This document shows positions 9,927 to 18,428 of a stretch of DNA of 37,602 nucleotides, piece by piece. The position numbers were made by a program, and so were the translations under genes. This stretch comes from Akkermansiaceae bacterium (GTDB lineage: Bacteria; Verrucomicrobiota; Verrucomicrobiia; Verrucomicrobiales; Akkermansiaceae), in the NCBI GenBank assembly GCA_051251915.1, contig JBPOGF010000030.1, positions 1 through 37,602 of the forward strand, in the 5' to 3' direction. The first letter of the stretch is position 1; each line of letters opens with the position of its first letter. The notes beneath the pieces are model-generated. The model had not been told where the DNA came from and did not search any database. It saw only the letters and a program-made list of their open reading frames with translations.

Positions 9927-10224
9927 AATCAGTATGTATGCATTGTATGTATAATGTAGTCAAGATGGATGATTATGTATTTTAAAATTAATCGTTAATG
10001 GACTTATTATTAGTAATTAATGTCTATTATTAACGTTCATTGCGTTAATTTTATCTGTATTACAGAGAGGTGTTTTTTGAAGATTTTTTCTAATTTTTGC
10101 AGATTAGGTGATAGAAAATGGGGATGATGTGATAGAAAAGTGTGCTAAATTTGCTCATCATGTTAGGATGATTTGGTGCGAAAGATTGAGCCTGAAAATA
10201 ATGGATGAGGACTCGTTGTAGGGG

Positions 10225-10629
10225 TTAATCATTGTGATTAGGTTTTTGTCGGCGTTGTTTCTTTTCGCCTTGTTTTGATTTGTCATCTAGCATGCGGTTT
10301 TTTTGTCGGCGTGAGCGACGGCGTTTTTGGCGTCTGATTTTTTCTCTGGCTTGTTGACGGGCTGACTGGATGCCGAGGATTTTTTCTTGGAAGGTTTCGC
10401 AGAGTTCTTTGCGGGCGATGAAGCGGTTAAGTTCGCGGGAGCGTTCTGCTTGGCATTTGACTTCGATGCCGCTGGGTGTGTGCTTGAGGTAGACACAGCT
10501 GGCGGTTTTGTTAATTTTCTGACCTCCGCTGCCTGATCCTCTGATGAATTTCTCGGTGAGGTCTTCTGCTAGGATGCCGAGCTTGAGCATGCGGGCTTCT
10601 AGGGCTTTCCATTTTTCTGGGCTGGGCAT
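10225..10629 (-). CDS. Codon-independent peptidyl-tRNA hydrolase / ribosome rescue factor (ArfB/C12orf65-like RF-1 domain)
   Basis: FIRGSGSGGQKINK GGQ motif, RSRELNR, and an Arg/Lys-rich C-terminal tail. Confidence 0.88.
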   Translation of the reverse strand: MPSPEKWKALEARMLKLGILAEDLTEKFIRGSGSGGQKINKTASCVYLKHTPSGIEVKCQAERSRELNRFIARKELCETFQEKILGIQSARQQAREKIRRQKRRRSRRQKNRMLDDKSKQGEKKQRRQKPNHND

Positions 10630-10632
10630 TTT

Positions 10633-10660
10633 TGAATTATGAATTATGAATTTTGAATTA
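10633..10660. repeat. Heptamer tandem repeat (TGAATT[A/T])x4
   Basis: TGAATTA TGAATTA TGAATTT TGAATTA. Confidence 0.8.
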
Positions 10661-10718
10661 TAAAGGCAGAAGTTTGTTGGATGATGGATGATAAAGTTTG
10701 AAGGGGGAAGGAGAAAGA

Positions 10719-10784
10719 GTGATCGGTTAGCAGTGATCGGTGATCGGGGGCTTGGTTGATGAGACCTGGGGTTGTGTGCTTGGT
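10719..10784. repeat. Dispersed intergenic repeat, copy 1 (similar to 16621-16678)
   Basis: GTGATCGGTTAGCAGTGATCGG...GGCTTGGTTGATG...CTGGGGTTGTGTGCTTGGT. Confidence 0.7.
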
Positions 10785-10880
10785 TGGTGGTGGACTTGGC
10801 GGCTGGAAACCGGGGTGACGATGGTGAGTATGGCGAATGAATGGCTTGACTGAGTGGGGGGGAGAGATCATAAGCGGAGC

Positions 10881-11759
10881 ATGTTTAAGGGAACTTTCAC
10901 GGCTATAGTTACTCCATTTAAGGATGGAAAGGTGGATGAGGCGGCATTTCGCAAGCTCATTGATTTTCAGATTGAAGGTGGGGTCGAGGGGATAGTGCCG
11001 GTAGGTACTACGGGGGAATCCCCTACGCTTGGTAGGAAAGAGCACCTTGAAGTAATCCGTATAGCGGTGGAGCATGTGGCTGGGAGAATTCTGGTTATTG
11101 CTGGGACTGGGGCGAATGCTACTGCTGAGGCGATTCATCTAACACGAGAGGCTGAGAAGTTAGGTGCGGATGCATCACTGCAGGTGACTCCGTATTATAA
11201 TAAGCCTTCTCAGGAGGGTTTGTATCAACATTTCAAGACGGTGGCTGAGTGCACGAAGTTACCGATTATGCTTTATTCTGTTCCGGGTAGATCTGTGGTG
11301 AGTATAGAGCCGGAGACGGCTGCGCGCTTGGCGGCGGATTGTGAGAATATTTTGTCAATCAAGGAGGCAGGGGGAGATCCGGAGAGAGTGGATTTATTGA
11401 AGGCTGCGTTGCCGGATGGGTTCCCGATTTTGTGTGGGGATGATCCTTTGACTGTCGAGTTCATGAAACGTGGTGCTGTGGGCTTGGTGTCTGTGGCTTC
11501 TAACATTATCCCACGTGCGATGTCTGACATGGTGCGCGCAATGAATGCGGGTGATTTAGCAGGAGCGGAGGCGATTCATAAAGAGTATGCGCCGCTAATG
11601 ACTACGCTGATGGGAATAGATACTAATCCAGTTCCTATCAAGGCAGCTGTGGCGCTGATGGGGATGTGTGATCAGGAGATAAGGCTTCCTTTGGTAACTC
11701 TAACAGATGAGAATATGTCTGTAGTTAGGGAGTTGTTAGAGAAATTTAAATTGGCGTAA
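10881..11759 (+). CDS. dapA: 4-hydroxy-tetrahydrodipicolinate synthase
   Basis: MFKGTFTAIVTPF, GTTGES, PYYNKP, YSVPGRS, IKEAG, NPVPIK. ATG 10881. Confidence 0.96.
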   Translation: MFKGTFTAIVTPFKDGKVDEAAFRKLIDFQIEGGVEGIVPVGTTGESPTLGRKEHLEVIRIAVEHVAGRILVIAGTGANATAEAIHLTREAEKLGADASLQVTPYYNKPSQEGLYQHFKTVAECTKLPIMLYSVPGRSVVSIEPETAARLAADCENILSIKEAGGDPERVDLLKAALPDGFPILCGDDPLTVEFMKRGAVGLVSVASNIIPRAMSDMVRAMNAGDLAGAEAIHKEYAPLMTTLMGIDTNPVPIKAAVALMGMCDQEIRLPLVTLTDENMSVVRELLEKFKLA

Positions 11760-11845
11760 TTGGGCTTGTTTTAGCGGTGAGTTTTCTTTGAAGTTGACCT
11801 GTGCTGTGCTGGTAGGTAGTTTGCAGACAATCTTAACAACTATTT

Positions 11846-12043
11846 ATGAAATATACTAAATTCATTGCTGTGGGTGCTATTTGCGCTGTTCTTCCTTCTT
11901 GTGCACTTTTGAAGAGTGCGGCGCGTATTCCTGGTAGCTTGTTCGGTGCTGTGGGCAGAACTGCTGGGTTGAATGTGAATAATGAGGAGCCAAAGAAGAC
12001 TGAGGAGCAGAAGCTGGAGGAAGAGGAGAGTAAGATTTATTAG
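11846..12043 (+). CDS. Small putative lipoprotein
   Basis: MKYTK + hydrophobic stretch + LPSC lipobox; acidic tail. Confidence 0.6.
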   Translation: MKYTKFIAVGAICAVLPSCALLKSAARIPGSLFGAVGRTAGLNVNNEEPKKTEEQKLEEEESKIY

Positions 12044-12063
12044 GGAGGTGAGATCTTTGATCC

Positions 12064-12091
12064 GTCAATTGGCAATGGTCAATTGTCAATT
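12064..12091. repeat. Heptamer tandem repeat (G[T/G]CAAT[T/G])x4
   Basis: GTCAATT GGCAATG GTCAATT GTCAATT between convergent genes. Confidence 0.7.
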
Positions 12092-12144
12092 GTGGTGGAT
12101 GATGAAACCTAGTAAGGTTTGTGCTGCTGGGAGGGTGTGGGTTG

Positions 12145-13194
12145 TTAGATTTCTTCGTTGTAGAAGATTTTGACGTATTTCATTTTCATTTCTTCGTCGT
12201 AGCCGCGTTCTAGGATGTCTGATTCGCGTTCGGCGAAGTCTGGTGTGAAGCGCATGACTACTCCGGTGTCTAGTTTGAGGGCGCCTTTGATTTTGGAGCC
12301 GGCTTTTTTGAGCTGAGTTTTGGAGATGATGAAGTTGTCATCGAGTGCTTCTCCGTCTTCGTCTTTGAATTGGTTTTTGTAGGTTTGGAAGTTTTCTACG
12401 AGTGCGGGGTCTTTGAGGACTTCTTCTTGGAAGTGGCCTTCGTTGAATTGTTCCTGCTCGTTCATGTAGGTGATTGCGTCATTGGCCACACGGTAGCGTT
12501 CTTCGGTGGGGACGTCTCCTGGGAGTCCGTCTTCTGCGAATGAGACGCACATTTCTGCGTATTGGCGGGTTTTGAAGTCGTTGTCTTTTTTGGCGCGAGC
12601 ACCGAGGAAGTCACGGACCCAGAAGTTTGCGTCTGCGCCGGCTTTGTCGAAGGTGTAGAGGATGGTTCCGTTTTCACGGTCGGTGTTGAGGACGAGGCAG
12701 CCTTTGTCGATTTTTTCTGGGTAGATGCCGTTGTGGGTGGTGAGGTGAAGGTCACCGTCTTTGTCTGAAATTTCAAGGAAGGGGAAGAGGGATTCTGATT
12801 TTACGATGGAGATGCCGGAGACGGGTTTGCCGTCTACTTTGATGCCTTCGATGTGTGCGACGCAGAGGTCACCGGATTTGATGTTGGGGTGTTTGGTTTG
12901 ATCGAACAGGTGGCGGGCGATTTTACGTGAGTAGGTGAGGAAGCGTTCGGGTTGGTCAAAGATGGTGTTTGCGAAGCTGAACATTTCGTTTAGCTCGATG
13001 TTAGATGAGTGGTGGAATGCGTAGGGGTCTAGGTTTCTGAATGGTTTGGTGAATGCTAGGGTGAGCATGTCTTTGTCTTGGTCGCTGAACTGGCAGAGTT
13101 CTTTGGATGTCTTGAGGGTTTCTCCGCGTTGTGGGTTGCCTACTTTGGCGAGGGAGAGTGCGGTGATGGTGGCGGTGTTGAAGTTTACGGTCAT
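12145..13194 (-). CDS. Nucleoid-associated protein (37-kDa NdpA/YejK-like family)
   Basis: KVGN, HPNIKSGDL, KIDKGCLV, FWVRDFL and ERGYDEEMKMKYVKIFYNEE resemble the Bacteroidota-type family. Confidence 0.8.
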   Translation of the reverse strand: MTVNFNTATITALSLAKVGNPQRGETLKTSKELCQFSDQDKDMLTLAFTKPFRNLDPYAFHHSSNIELNEMFSFANTIFDQPERFLTYSRKIARHLFDQTKHPNIKSGDLCVAHIEGIKVDGKPVSGISIVKSESLFPFLEISDKDGDLHLTTHNGIYPEKIDKGCLVLNTDRENGTILYTFDKAGADANFWVRDFLGARAKKDNDFKTRQYAEMCVSFAEDGLPGDVPTEERYRVANDAITYMNEQEQFNEGHFQEEVLKDPALVENFQTYKNQFKDEDGEALDDNFIISKTQLKKAGSKIKGALKLDTGVVMRFTPDFAERESDILERGYDEEMKMKYVKIFYNEEI

Positions 13195-13214
13195 GTGATT
13201 TATGCCTGCGGCAT

Positions 13215-13242
13215 GTCATTGGTCAATGGTCATTGGTCAATG
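13215..13242. repeat. Heptamer tandem repeat (GTCA[T/A]TG)x4
   Basis: GTCATTG GTCAATG GTCATTG GTCAATG. Confidence 0.8.
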
Positions 13243-13297
13243 GGGGCTGAGTCTTTGGTGACTGTGCCTTTGCCTGTGGTGGTTTGTGTTGTGTTGA

Positions 13298-13963
13298 TTA
13301 GTTGAGTCTCCAGAGGTGGAGGTAGAGGAATTCTTTCCAGATGAATTTGGTTTTGCTTTCTTGTGAGGTGTAGAGGGAGGTGGTGGTGGCGGAGGGTTTG
13401 GCGTTGATGTTGTAGTGTTTGGCGATGTTGCAGGCGCGTTTGAGGTGCCAGGGATCGCTAACGATGAGGGTGGTGTTGAAGCTTTGTTGCTGCATTATTT
13501 TGTTTGCTTCGGTAATATTTTCCTCGGTGGTTTGCGAGTTTTTTTCGATATGAATTTGGTGAGGGAGGACTCCGTTTTCTAGGCAGTAGGTGCGGGCTAC
13601 TTCTGATTCTGCGTATTCTGCTTTGATTCCTTTTTGGTCTCCGTATCCGCCGGTGAGGATGATGGCTTTGATGCGGTTTTGCTTGAGGAGGAGGATTGCG
13701 TGGTTGATGCGTTCTTTGAAGACGGGGGAGGGGGTGTTATGCCATGCGGCGGCGCCTAGGACGATGGCGCAGTCTGCGGTGGAGCCGTCGTCTGTGTGGC
13801 CGAAGCGGTTGATGTCTGACATTTGCCAGAGGGTGTAGCTGGCGAGTATAGAGAGGAGCACGCAGATGCGGAAGAACCAGCGTTTGGTCCAGTGCTTGGG
13901 GCGTGGACGCGGTTTTTCTGAGTGTTTCGCAGTTGCTGCGGGTTTTGGTGAAGGGGCTGACAC
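13298..13963 (-). CDS. YdcF/DUF218 (ElyC/SanA-like) protein
   Basis: N-terminal TM helix, IVLGAA, ILTGG, EKNSQTTEENI, VSDPWHLKRA. Confidence 0.9.
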   Translation of the reverse strand: MSAPSPKPAATAKHSEKPRPRPKHWTKRWFFRICVLLSILASYTLWQMSDINRFGHTDDGSTADCAIVLGAAAWHNTPSPVFKERINHAILLLKQNRIKAIILTGGYGDQKGIKAEYAESEVARTYCLENGVLPHQIHIEKNSQTTEENITEANKIMQQQSFNTTLIVSDPWHLKRACNIAKHYNINAKPSATTTSLYTSQESKTKFIWKEFLYLHLWRLN

Positions 13964-14205
13964 GAGTGGGAGATTCTAGGGGTAAGTTTTGGTTTTACAA
14001 CTGTAATGTTGGAAGGATAAAGGGGGCTTGGGTTTTGACCTGCGGTGCTTTGACCACGGAAGGCTCTGAATTACACGGAACTTGGTTGATGGAACGGAAG
14101 CTTGGGATGATGAAGCTTTGTGAAGTGGTGGATTTGGTGCTTGTGGCAGGTCAGAGGTTATGGGTTGATTGGTTATTGGTGTGATTCTTTGGTGGCTTGG
14201 GTTGT

Positions 14206-14228
14206 GGGAGATTTGAAATCTCGGGCAC
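14206..14228 (-). repeat. REP-like hairpin, copy 1
   Basis: Minus strand GTGCCCGAGATTTCAAATCTCCC, starting 1 nt after the stop of the 14230 gene. Confidence 0.7.
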
Positions 14229-14229
14229 A

Positions 14230-14904
14230 TTATTGGGATAGGGGGAGGTGGGGTAGGGCGTTTAGGAGGTTTTGGTGGGCGCCGCGGATGTAGTGGAATT
14301 CTCCTTTGGTCTGGGTGACGATGAAGAGGGTGGTTTTGAATTTGTAGATGATGAGGGTGATGGCTGTGGCGAGGATGCCGGGGCCGATGGTGGCGGGGTT
14401 TTGGGTGATGAGACCGGTGATGAAGGTGAGGAGGGATAGGGTGAGGATGGTGATGAATATGAGGTGGCGGCGTTTGCGGATGTGGGTGTATTTTTCTGAG
14501 AGGTAGAAGGGGATTTGGTAGGGTTTGGTGGTTTGGCGTTTGATGGGGCTGGCTGCTATGGCGAAGATGATGATGGCGGGTATAACGTTGTTAAAATCTC
14601 CAGTGTATATGAACCAAAAGATGAGAGCGAGCATGCCTAGTGTGGAGAAGATGTTGAAGGTATTAGTATGTGGGCCAGGGACTCTTTTGATGGTGATTTT
14701 TTTTGGTTTAGGGTTTGTTTCTGGGGGGATGGGGGTGCCTAGTTTGGCGCAGATGAGGGGGGATTTGAAGTGGTGGTTGGCGATGAGTTCGTTTTGGAAT
14801 GCGTAACCGTCTTCATTTAGGTAGGTGGTGTTGGATGAGTCATCTAGGGCTGCCTTGGGTGGGGCGTAGGGGTTGATGGGGTCGGGTTGTTGGCTGGGTT
14901 GCAT
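14230..14904 (-). CDS. Hypothetical membrane protein (NPYAPP N-terminal motif, about 4 TM)
   Basis: INPYAPP motif typical of PVC membrane proteins, two hydrophobic hairpins. ATG 14904 chosen because the 14940 start lies inside a terminator. Confidence 0.7.
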   Translation of the reverse strand: MQPSQQPDPINPYAPPKAALDDSSNTTYLNEDGYAFQNELIANHHFKSPLICAKLGTPIPPETNPKPKKITIKRVPGPHTNTFNIFSTLGMLALIFWFIYTGDFNNVIPAIIIFAIAASPIKRQTTKPYQIPFYLSEKYTHIRKRRHLIFITILTLSLLTFITGLITQNPATIGPGILATAITLIIYKFKTTLFIVTQTKGEFHYIRGAHQNLLNALPHLPLSQ

Positions 14905-14930
14905 TGAGTTGATGATAGTGTTTTTGTGGG

Positions 14931-14970
14931 AAAGAAACAACCCTAACTGGGGTTAGCCGGTTAGGGTTGT
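14931..14970 (-). terminator. Rho-independent terminator downstream of the aminotransferase
   Basis: Minus strand ACAACCCTAACCGG-CTAACC-CCAGTTAGGGTTGT (14-bp stem, one mismatch) followed by TTCTTT. Confidence 0.75.
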
Positions 14971-15022
14971 GGGATTTTATAGTTTGAATTTTAGATTGAT
15001 TATTTGGGCTTGGTGCTTTGGT

Positions 15023-15044
15023 GGAGGTTGGAAACCTCCGGCAC
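15023..15044 (-). repeat. REP-like hairpin, copy 2
   Basis: Minus strand GTGCCGGAGGTTTCCAACCTCC, starting 1 nt after the aminotransferase stop. Confidence 0.7.
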
Positions 15045-15045
15045 T

Positions 15046-16134
15046 TTAGGCTTTGAGGAATTCTGGGATGACGTCGTCTAGGCAGGTGATGAGGTGTGCC
15101 ATGGATTCTTCTGTTTCGTTGCCCATGTTGGAGATGCGGAAGGTGATTCCTTTGCATTTGCCGTAGCCTCCGTTGATGAGGAGGTTGTGCTTTGCTCTGA
15201 GGGCTTTGATGAATCCTGGGACGTCTAGGCGGCCTTCTTGGTTGTCTAGGCAGATGAGGGTTTGTGACTCTGCGCCTTCTGGTGCGAAGTTTTTGAGGCC
15301 GTGTTTGGCTGCCCAGTCGTTTAGCATGCCGTTGAGTTTGGTGTGGCGTGCGTAGCGGTTTTCTAGTCCTTCTTCAACGATGGCGTTTACTTTCTGACGG
15401 AGTGCGTAGAGGAGTGCGATGGCTGGTGTGGATGGGGTGTTGTTGCCTGCGTCTGCTTTGGCGAATTCTAGGAAGTCGAAGTAGTAGCCACGGTTTTCTG
15501 TGGTCTTGGCGCGTTCTAGTGCTGCTTCTGATACGCCGAAGATGGAGAGTCCTGGTGGGAGTGCTAGGGCTTTCTGGACGCCTGCGAGGAGGACGTCTAT
15601 GCCGAGCTCGTCCATAGGGGTGGAGACGGCGGAGAATGATGATACTGTGTCTACGACGAGGAGTATGTCTGGGAATGATTTGACGACTGCTGCGATTTCA
15701 GCGAGTGGGTTCATGACTCCTGTTGAGGTTTCGTTGTGGACGAGTGTGACGGTGTCGAATCCGCCTTCTTCTAGTTTAGCGCGGACTGCGTCTGGGCAGA
15801 TGGCTTCACCCCATTCGACTTGGATTTTGTCTGCTTCTTTTCCGCATGATTTTGCTACTCCATACCATTTGTCTGAGAATGCTCCGCAGCAGAGGTTGAG
15901 GACTTTTTTCTGGACGAGGTTTCTGATGGCGGCTTCCATGACTCCCCATGCTGATGATGTGGAGAGGTAGACGTTGCGCTCGGTGCCGGCGATCTGTTTG
16001 AGATTTGGCTGGATGGATGCGTAGAGGGCTTCGAAGTCGCCACCGCGGTGGCCGATGATGGGTTCAGCCATTGCTGCATAGGTTTCTGGAGCGATATCGA
16101 CTGGTCCTGGGATATATAGTTTAGGTAGAGACAT
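15046..16134 (-). CDS. Class V PLP aminotransferase (alanine-glyoxylate/serine-pyruvate family)
   Basis: IPGP, GHRG, HNETSTGV, DTVSS, GVQKAL (PLP lysine), TPSTP, FRISNMG. Confidence 0.93.
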   Translation of the reverse strand: MSLPKLYIPGPVDIAPETYAAMAEPIIGHRGGDFEALYASIQPNLKQIAGTERNVYLSTSSAWGVMEAAIRNLVQKKVLNLCCGAFSDKWYGVAKSCGKEADKIQVEWGEAICPDAVRAKLEEGGFDTVTLVHNETSTGVMNPLAEIAAVVKSFPDILLVVDTVSSFSAVSTPMDELGIDVLLAGVQKALALPPGLSIFGVSEAALERAKTTENRGYYFDFLEFAKADAGNNTPSTPAIALLYALRQKVNAIVEEGLENRYARHTKLNGMLNDWAAKHGLKNFAPEGAESQTLICLDNQEGRLDVPGFIKALRAKHNLLINGGYGKCKGITFRISNMGNETEESMAHLITCLDDVIPEFLKA

Positions 16135-16194
16135 GTGTGATTTGTTTGGGGTTTTATGGTGTGTGTGTAAAGTTTAAAGTAGGTGGGTGACAGA

Positions 16195-16560
16195 CTATTT
16201 ACTGATGAGCATTTTGACGCCGAAGATGATGAGGGTGATGGCGAAGATCTTGGTGAGGAGGGGCGATCTGAGTTGGTGCATGAGGTCTGTGCCATACCAT
16301 GAGGCTAGGGCTGCTCCGACGGCGGCGATGGCGACGATGCGCCAGTCGATCTGGACGAGGGATGCTGGGCGGGCGTTGTTGAGGGTGGCGACGAGTGCGG
16401 TGATGACGATGATGGCGAGGGAGGTGGCGATGGCGTTTTTGTGCTCCAGGCCTAGGGCTGCGGTGAATGCGGGGACCATAACGATGCCGCCGCCTACTCC
16501 GCAGAGGGCGCCTAGGAGGCCGGCGATGGCTCCGATGAGGAGGGCTGTGAGGATTTTCAT
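16195..16560 (-). CDS. TauE/SafE (TSUP) family membrane protein, half-length
   Basis: GALCGVGGGIVMVP, AIATSL; about 4 TM in 121 aa. Confidence 0.85.
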   Translation of the reverse strand: MKILTALLIGAIAGLLGALCGVGGGIVMVPAFTAALGLEHKNAIATSLAIIVITALVATLNNARPASLVQIDWRIVAIAAVGAALASWYGTDLMHQLRSPLLTKIFAITLIIFGVKMLISK

Positions 16561-16620
16561 AGAAGGAAAAAGGTGAAAGTAGAAAGGTTAAAGGCTTGGT
16601 GCTTTGGGTGGGAGTTAGCG

Positions 16621-16678
16621 GTGATCAGTTAGCAGTGATCAGGGCTTGGGTTGATGGTGACTGGGTTGTGTGCTTGGT
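16621..16678. repeat. Dispersed intergenic repeat, copy 2
   Basis: GTGATCAGTTAGCAGTGATCAGGGCTTGGGTTGATG...CTGGGTTGTGTGCTTGGT, similar to 10719-10784. Confidence 0.7.
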
Positions 16679-16707
16679 GCTTGGTGCTTTGGTGGCTTGG
16701 GTTCGGG

Positions 16708-16729
16708 GGGAGATTGGAAATCTCGGGCA
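16708..16729 (-). repeat. REP-like hairpin, copy 3
   Basis: Minus strand TGCCCGAGATTTCCAATCTCCC, starting 5 nt after the holA stop. Confidence 0.7.
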
Positions 16730-16734
16730 GGTTT

Positions 16735-17862
16735 TTATGAGGCGCGGCGTTGTTTTTTGGTGGAGGTGGAGATGAGTTCTACTACTAGGCGGTGGAGGAC
16801 CATGCGGTGGTCTAGGGCGGTGGTGACTAGGTTTTTGTCTGCTAGGAGGGCGGATTCTAGTGCGTGGCGGAGGGCGCGCATGGGGTAGGCTCTGGAGGGG
16901 AGGAGGGCGAAGGCTAGGGACCAGGTGTTGACGCCGCCGGTTTTCTTTTGTGGGAGCCAGAGGGTTTCGCTGTTGGGGATGGCGTTGAGGGTTTTTGCGA
17001 TGTTGAAGCGGTCGAGTTGCTGGCTGGGGAACATTTCTTGGACGGCTTTTGCCATGAAGAGGTTGCGGATGGTGGGGATGAGGGATGCGCGTAGGATGCC
17101 GATGGCGGATTCTCCTCGGGCGAGTTGTTGGTCGATGAGTTCTAGTGCGCGGTTGGCGTTTGCTTTCTGGATGGCGCTGCCTATTTCGAAGACGACTCCG
17201 GCGCGGGAGAGTGGGACGATTTTGCGGACGTCGTCTATGTTGATGGTGTTGCGTTCTGTGCCGGTGTAGAGGTCTAGTTTTTCTAGTTCGCAGTTGATTT
17301 GACGGGTGTCTTCTCCGGCGAGTGCAACGAAGAGTTCCATGGCGTCTGGCTCGAAGTTGATGCCTAGTGATGCGGCGCGTTTTTCTACGAGGATGGCGAC
17401 TTGTTCTTCCCAGCCTTCTTTGGTGGTGTCGAGTTTGTTGTGCTCGATGAGGTTGGCGTTGGCTTTGAGGAACTTGAAGAATCTGCGGCTTTTGTGGATG
17501 GCGGAGGCGGAGATGATGAGGTGGATGTCTGAGCCGATGCCTTTTTCTATGATTTCTAGGAGGGATTCGACGCCTTCTTTGGCGCGGGCGGCTTCTCCGG
17601 TGCGGTCTGTGCCCATGAAGGTGGCGCGCTTGAGCCAGACGACTTTGGCTCCGCCGAAGAATGGGAGTGTGAGGAGGGCTTGGATGGTGTCTAGGCAGAT
17701 TTGGTGGGCGTGTTCTGCGTTGTCTGCATTTCCATCGATGATGTCGTTTGCGAAGTCGTCACCGTCTGCGGGTTTGAGTTGGTTGAAGAGTTTGAGTGCT
17801 GCTTCTGCGACTGCTCCATCGTCTGTGCCGTGGATGAGGTGGATGTTTGGTTTGTCTGGCAT
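16735..17862 (-). CDS. holA: DNA polymerase III subunit delta
   Basis: HLIHGTD, TLPFFGGAKVV, GEDTRQINCELEKLDLY, VFEIGSAI, ADKNL. Confidence 0.9.
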   Translation of the reverse strand: MPDKPNIHLIHGTDDGAVAEAALKLFNQLKPADGDDFANDIIDGNADNAEHAHQICLDTIQALLTLPFFGGAKVVWLKRATFMGTDRTGEAARAKEGVESLLEIIEKGIGSDIHLIISASAIHKSRRFFKFLKANANLIEHNKLDTTKEGWEEQVAILVEKRAASLGINFEPDAMELFVALAGEDTRQINCELEKLDLYTGTERNTINIDDVRKIVPLSRAGVVFEIGSAIQKANANRALELIDQQLARGESAIGILRASLIPTIRNLFMAKAVQEMFPSQQLDRFNIAKTLNAIPNSETLWLPQKKTGGVNTWSLAFALLPSRAYPMRALRHALESALLADKNLVTTALDHRMVLHRLVVELISTSTKKQRRAS

Positions 17863-17971
17863 GGTGGGTGTGTGACTTGGCTTGGCTTAGTTTGGTTTTA
17901 GAGTGAGGGGGGTGAGCCAGCAAGCATTTTTCGGGATTGCGCTGGGGAAAACTTACCTCTATGGTGTGGGT

Positions 17972-18418
17972 ATGAAGTGGGAATTAGCGGCTGAGAAAAT
18001 TTTGATTACGATGCTGGGGCATTTAGGGTTTGAGATCCAGGTGGCTGGTGAGAAACTGGATGATGGGTTGTGTCTGCATATTACTACGGAGCATAGTAAG
18101 AGTATTATTGGGCGAAATGGGGATAGGCTGGAGGATATTCAGTATTTGGTGAATAGGATTTTACAGAAGCATTATCCAGAGGCGCCGAGGGTGAAGGTGG
18201 ATTGTGATGAGTATAGGAGGGAGCTGGAGGATAGGCTGGTGGAGAAGGCGAGGGAGCTGGCTGTGAAGGTGGTGGAGAGTGGTAAGAGTGTGAGGACGCG
18301 GCCGCTGAATGCTTATTATCGGAGGATAGTGCATAATGCGCTGGAGGATGCTGGGGTGAGGACGCATTCGCCTAAGTCGCCAGCGCGGTATAAGCGGGTG
18401 GAAATTTCACCTATGTAA
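17972..18418 (+). CDS. khpB: KH + R3H RNA-binding protein (Jag/KhpB/EloR-like, no Jag_N domain)
   Basis: IIGRNGDRLEDIQYLVN (KH), PLNAYYRRIVH (R3H). ATG 17972. Confidence 0.85.
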   Translation: MKWELAAEKILITMLGHLGFEIQVAGEKLDDGLCLHITTEHSKSIIGRNGDRLEDIQYLVNRILQKHYPEAPRVKVDCDEYRRELEDRLVEKARELAVKVVESGKSVRTRPLNAYYRRIVHNALEDAGVRTHSPKSPARYKRVEISPM

Positions 18419-18428
18419 TGAGAAGATT

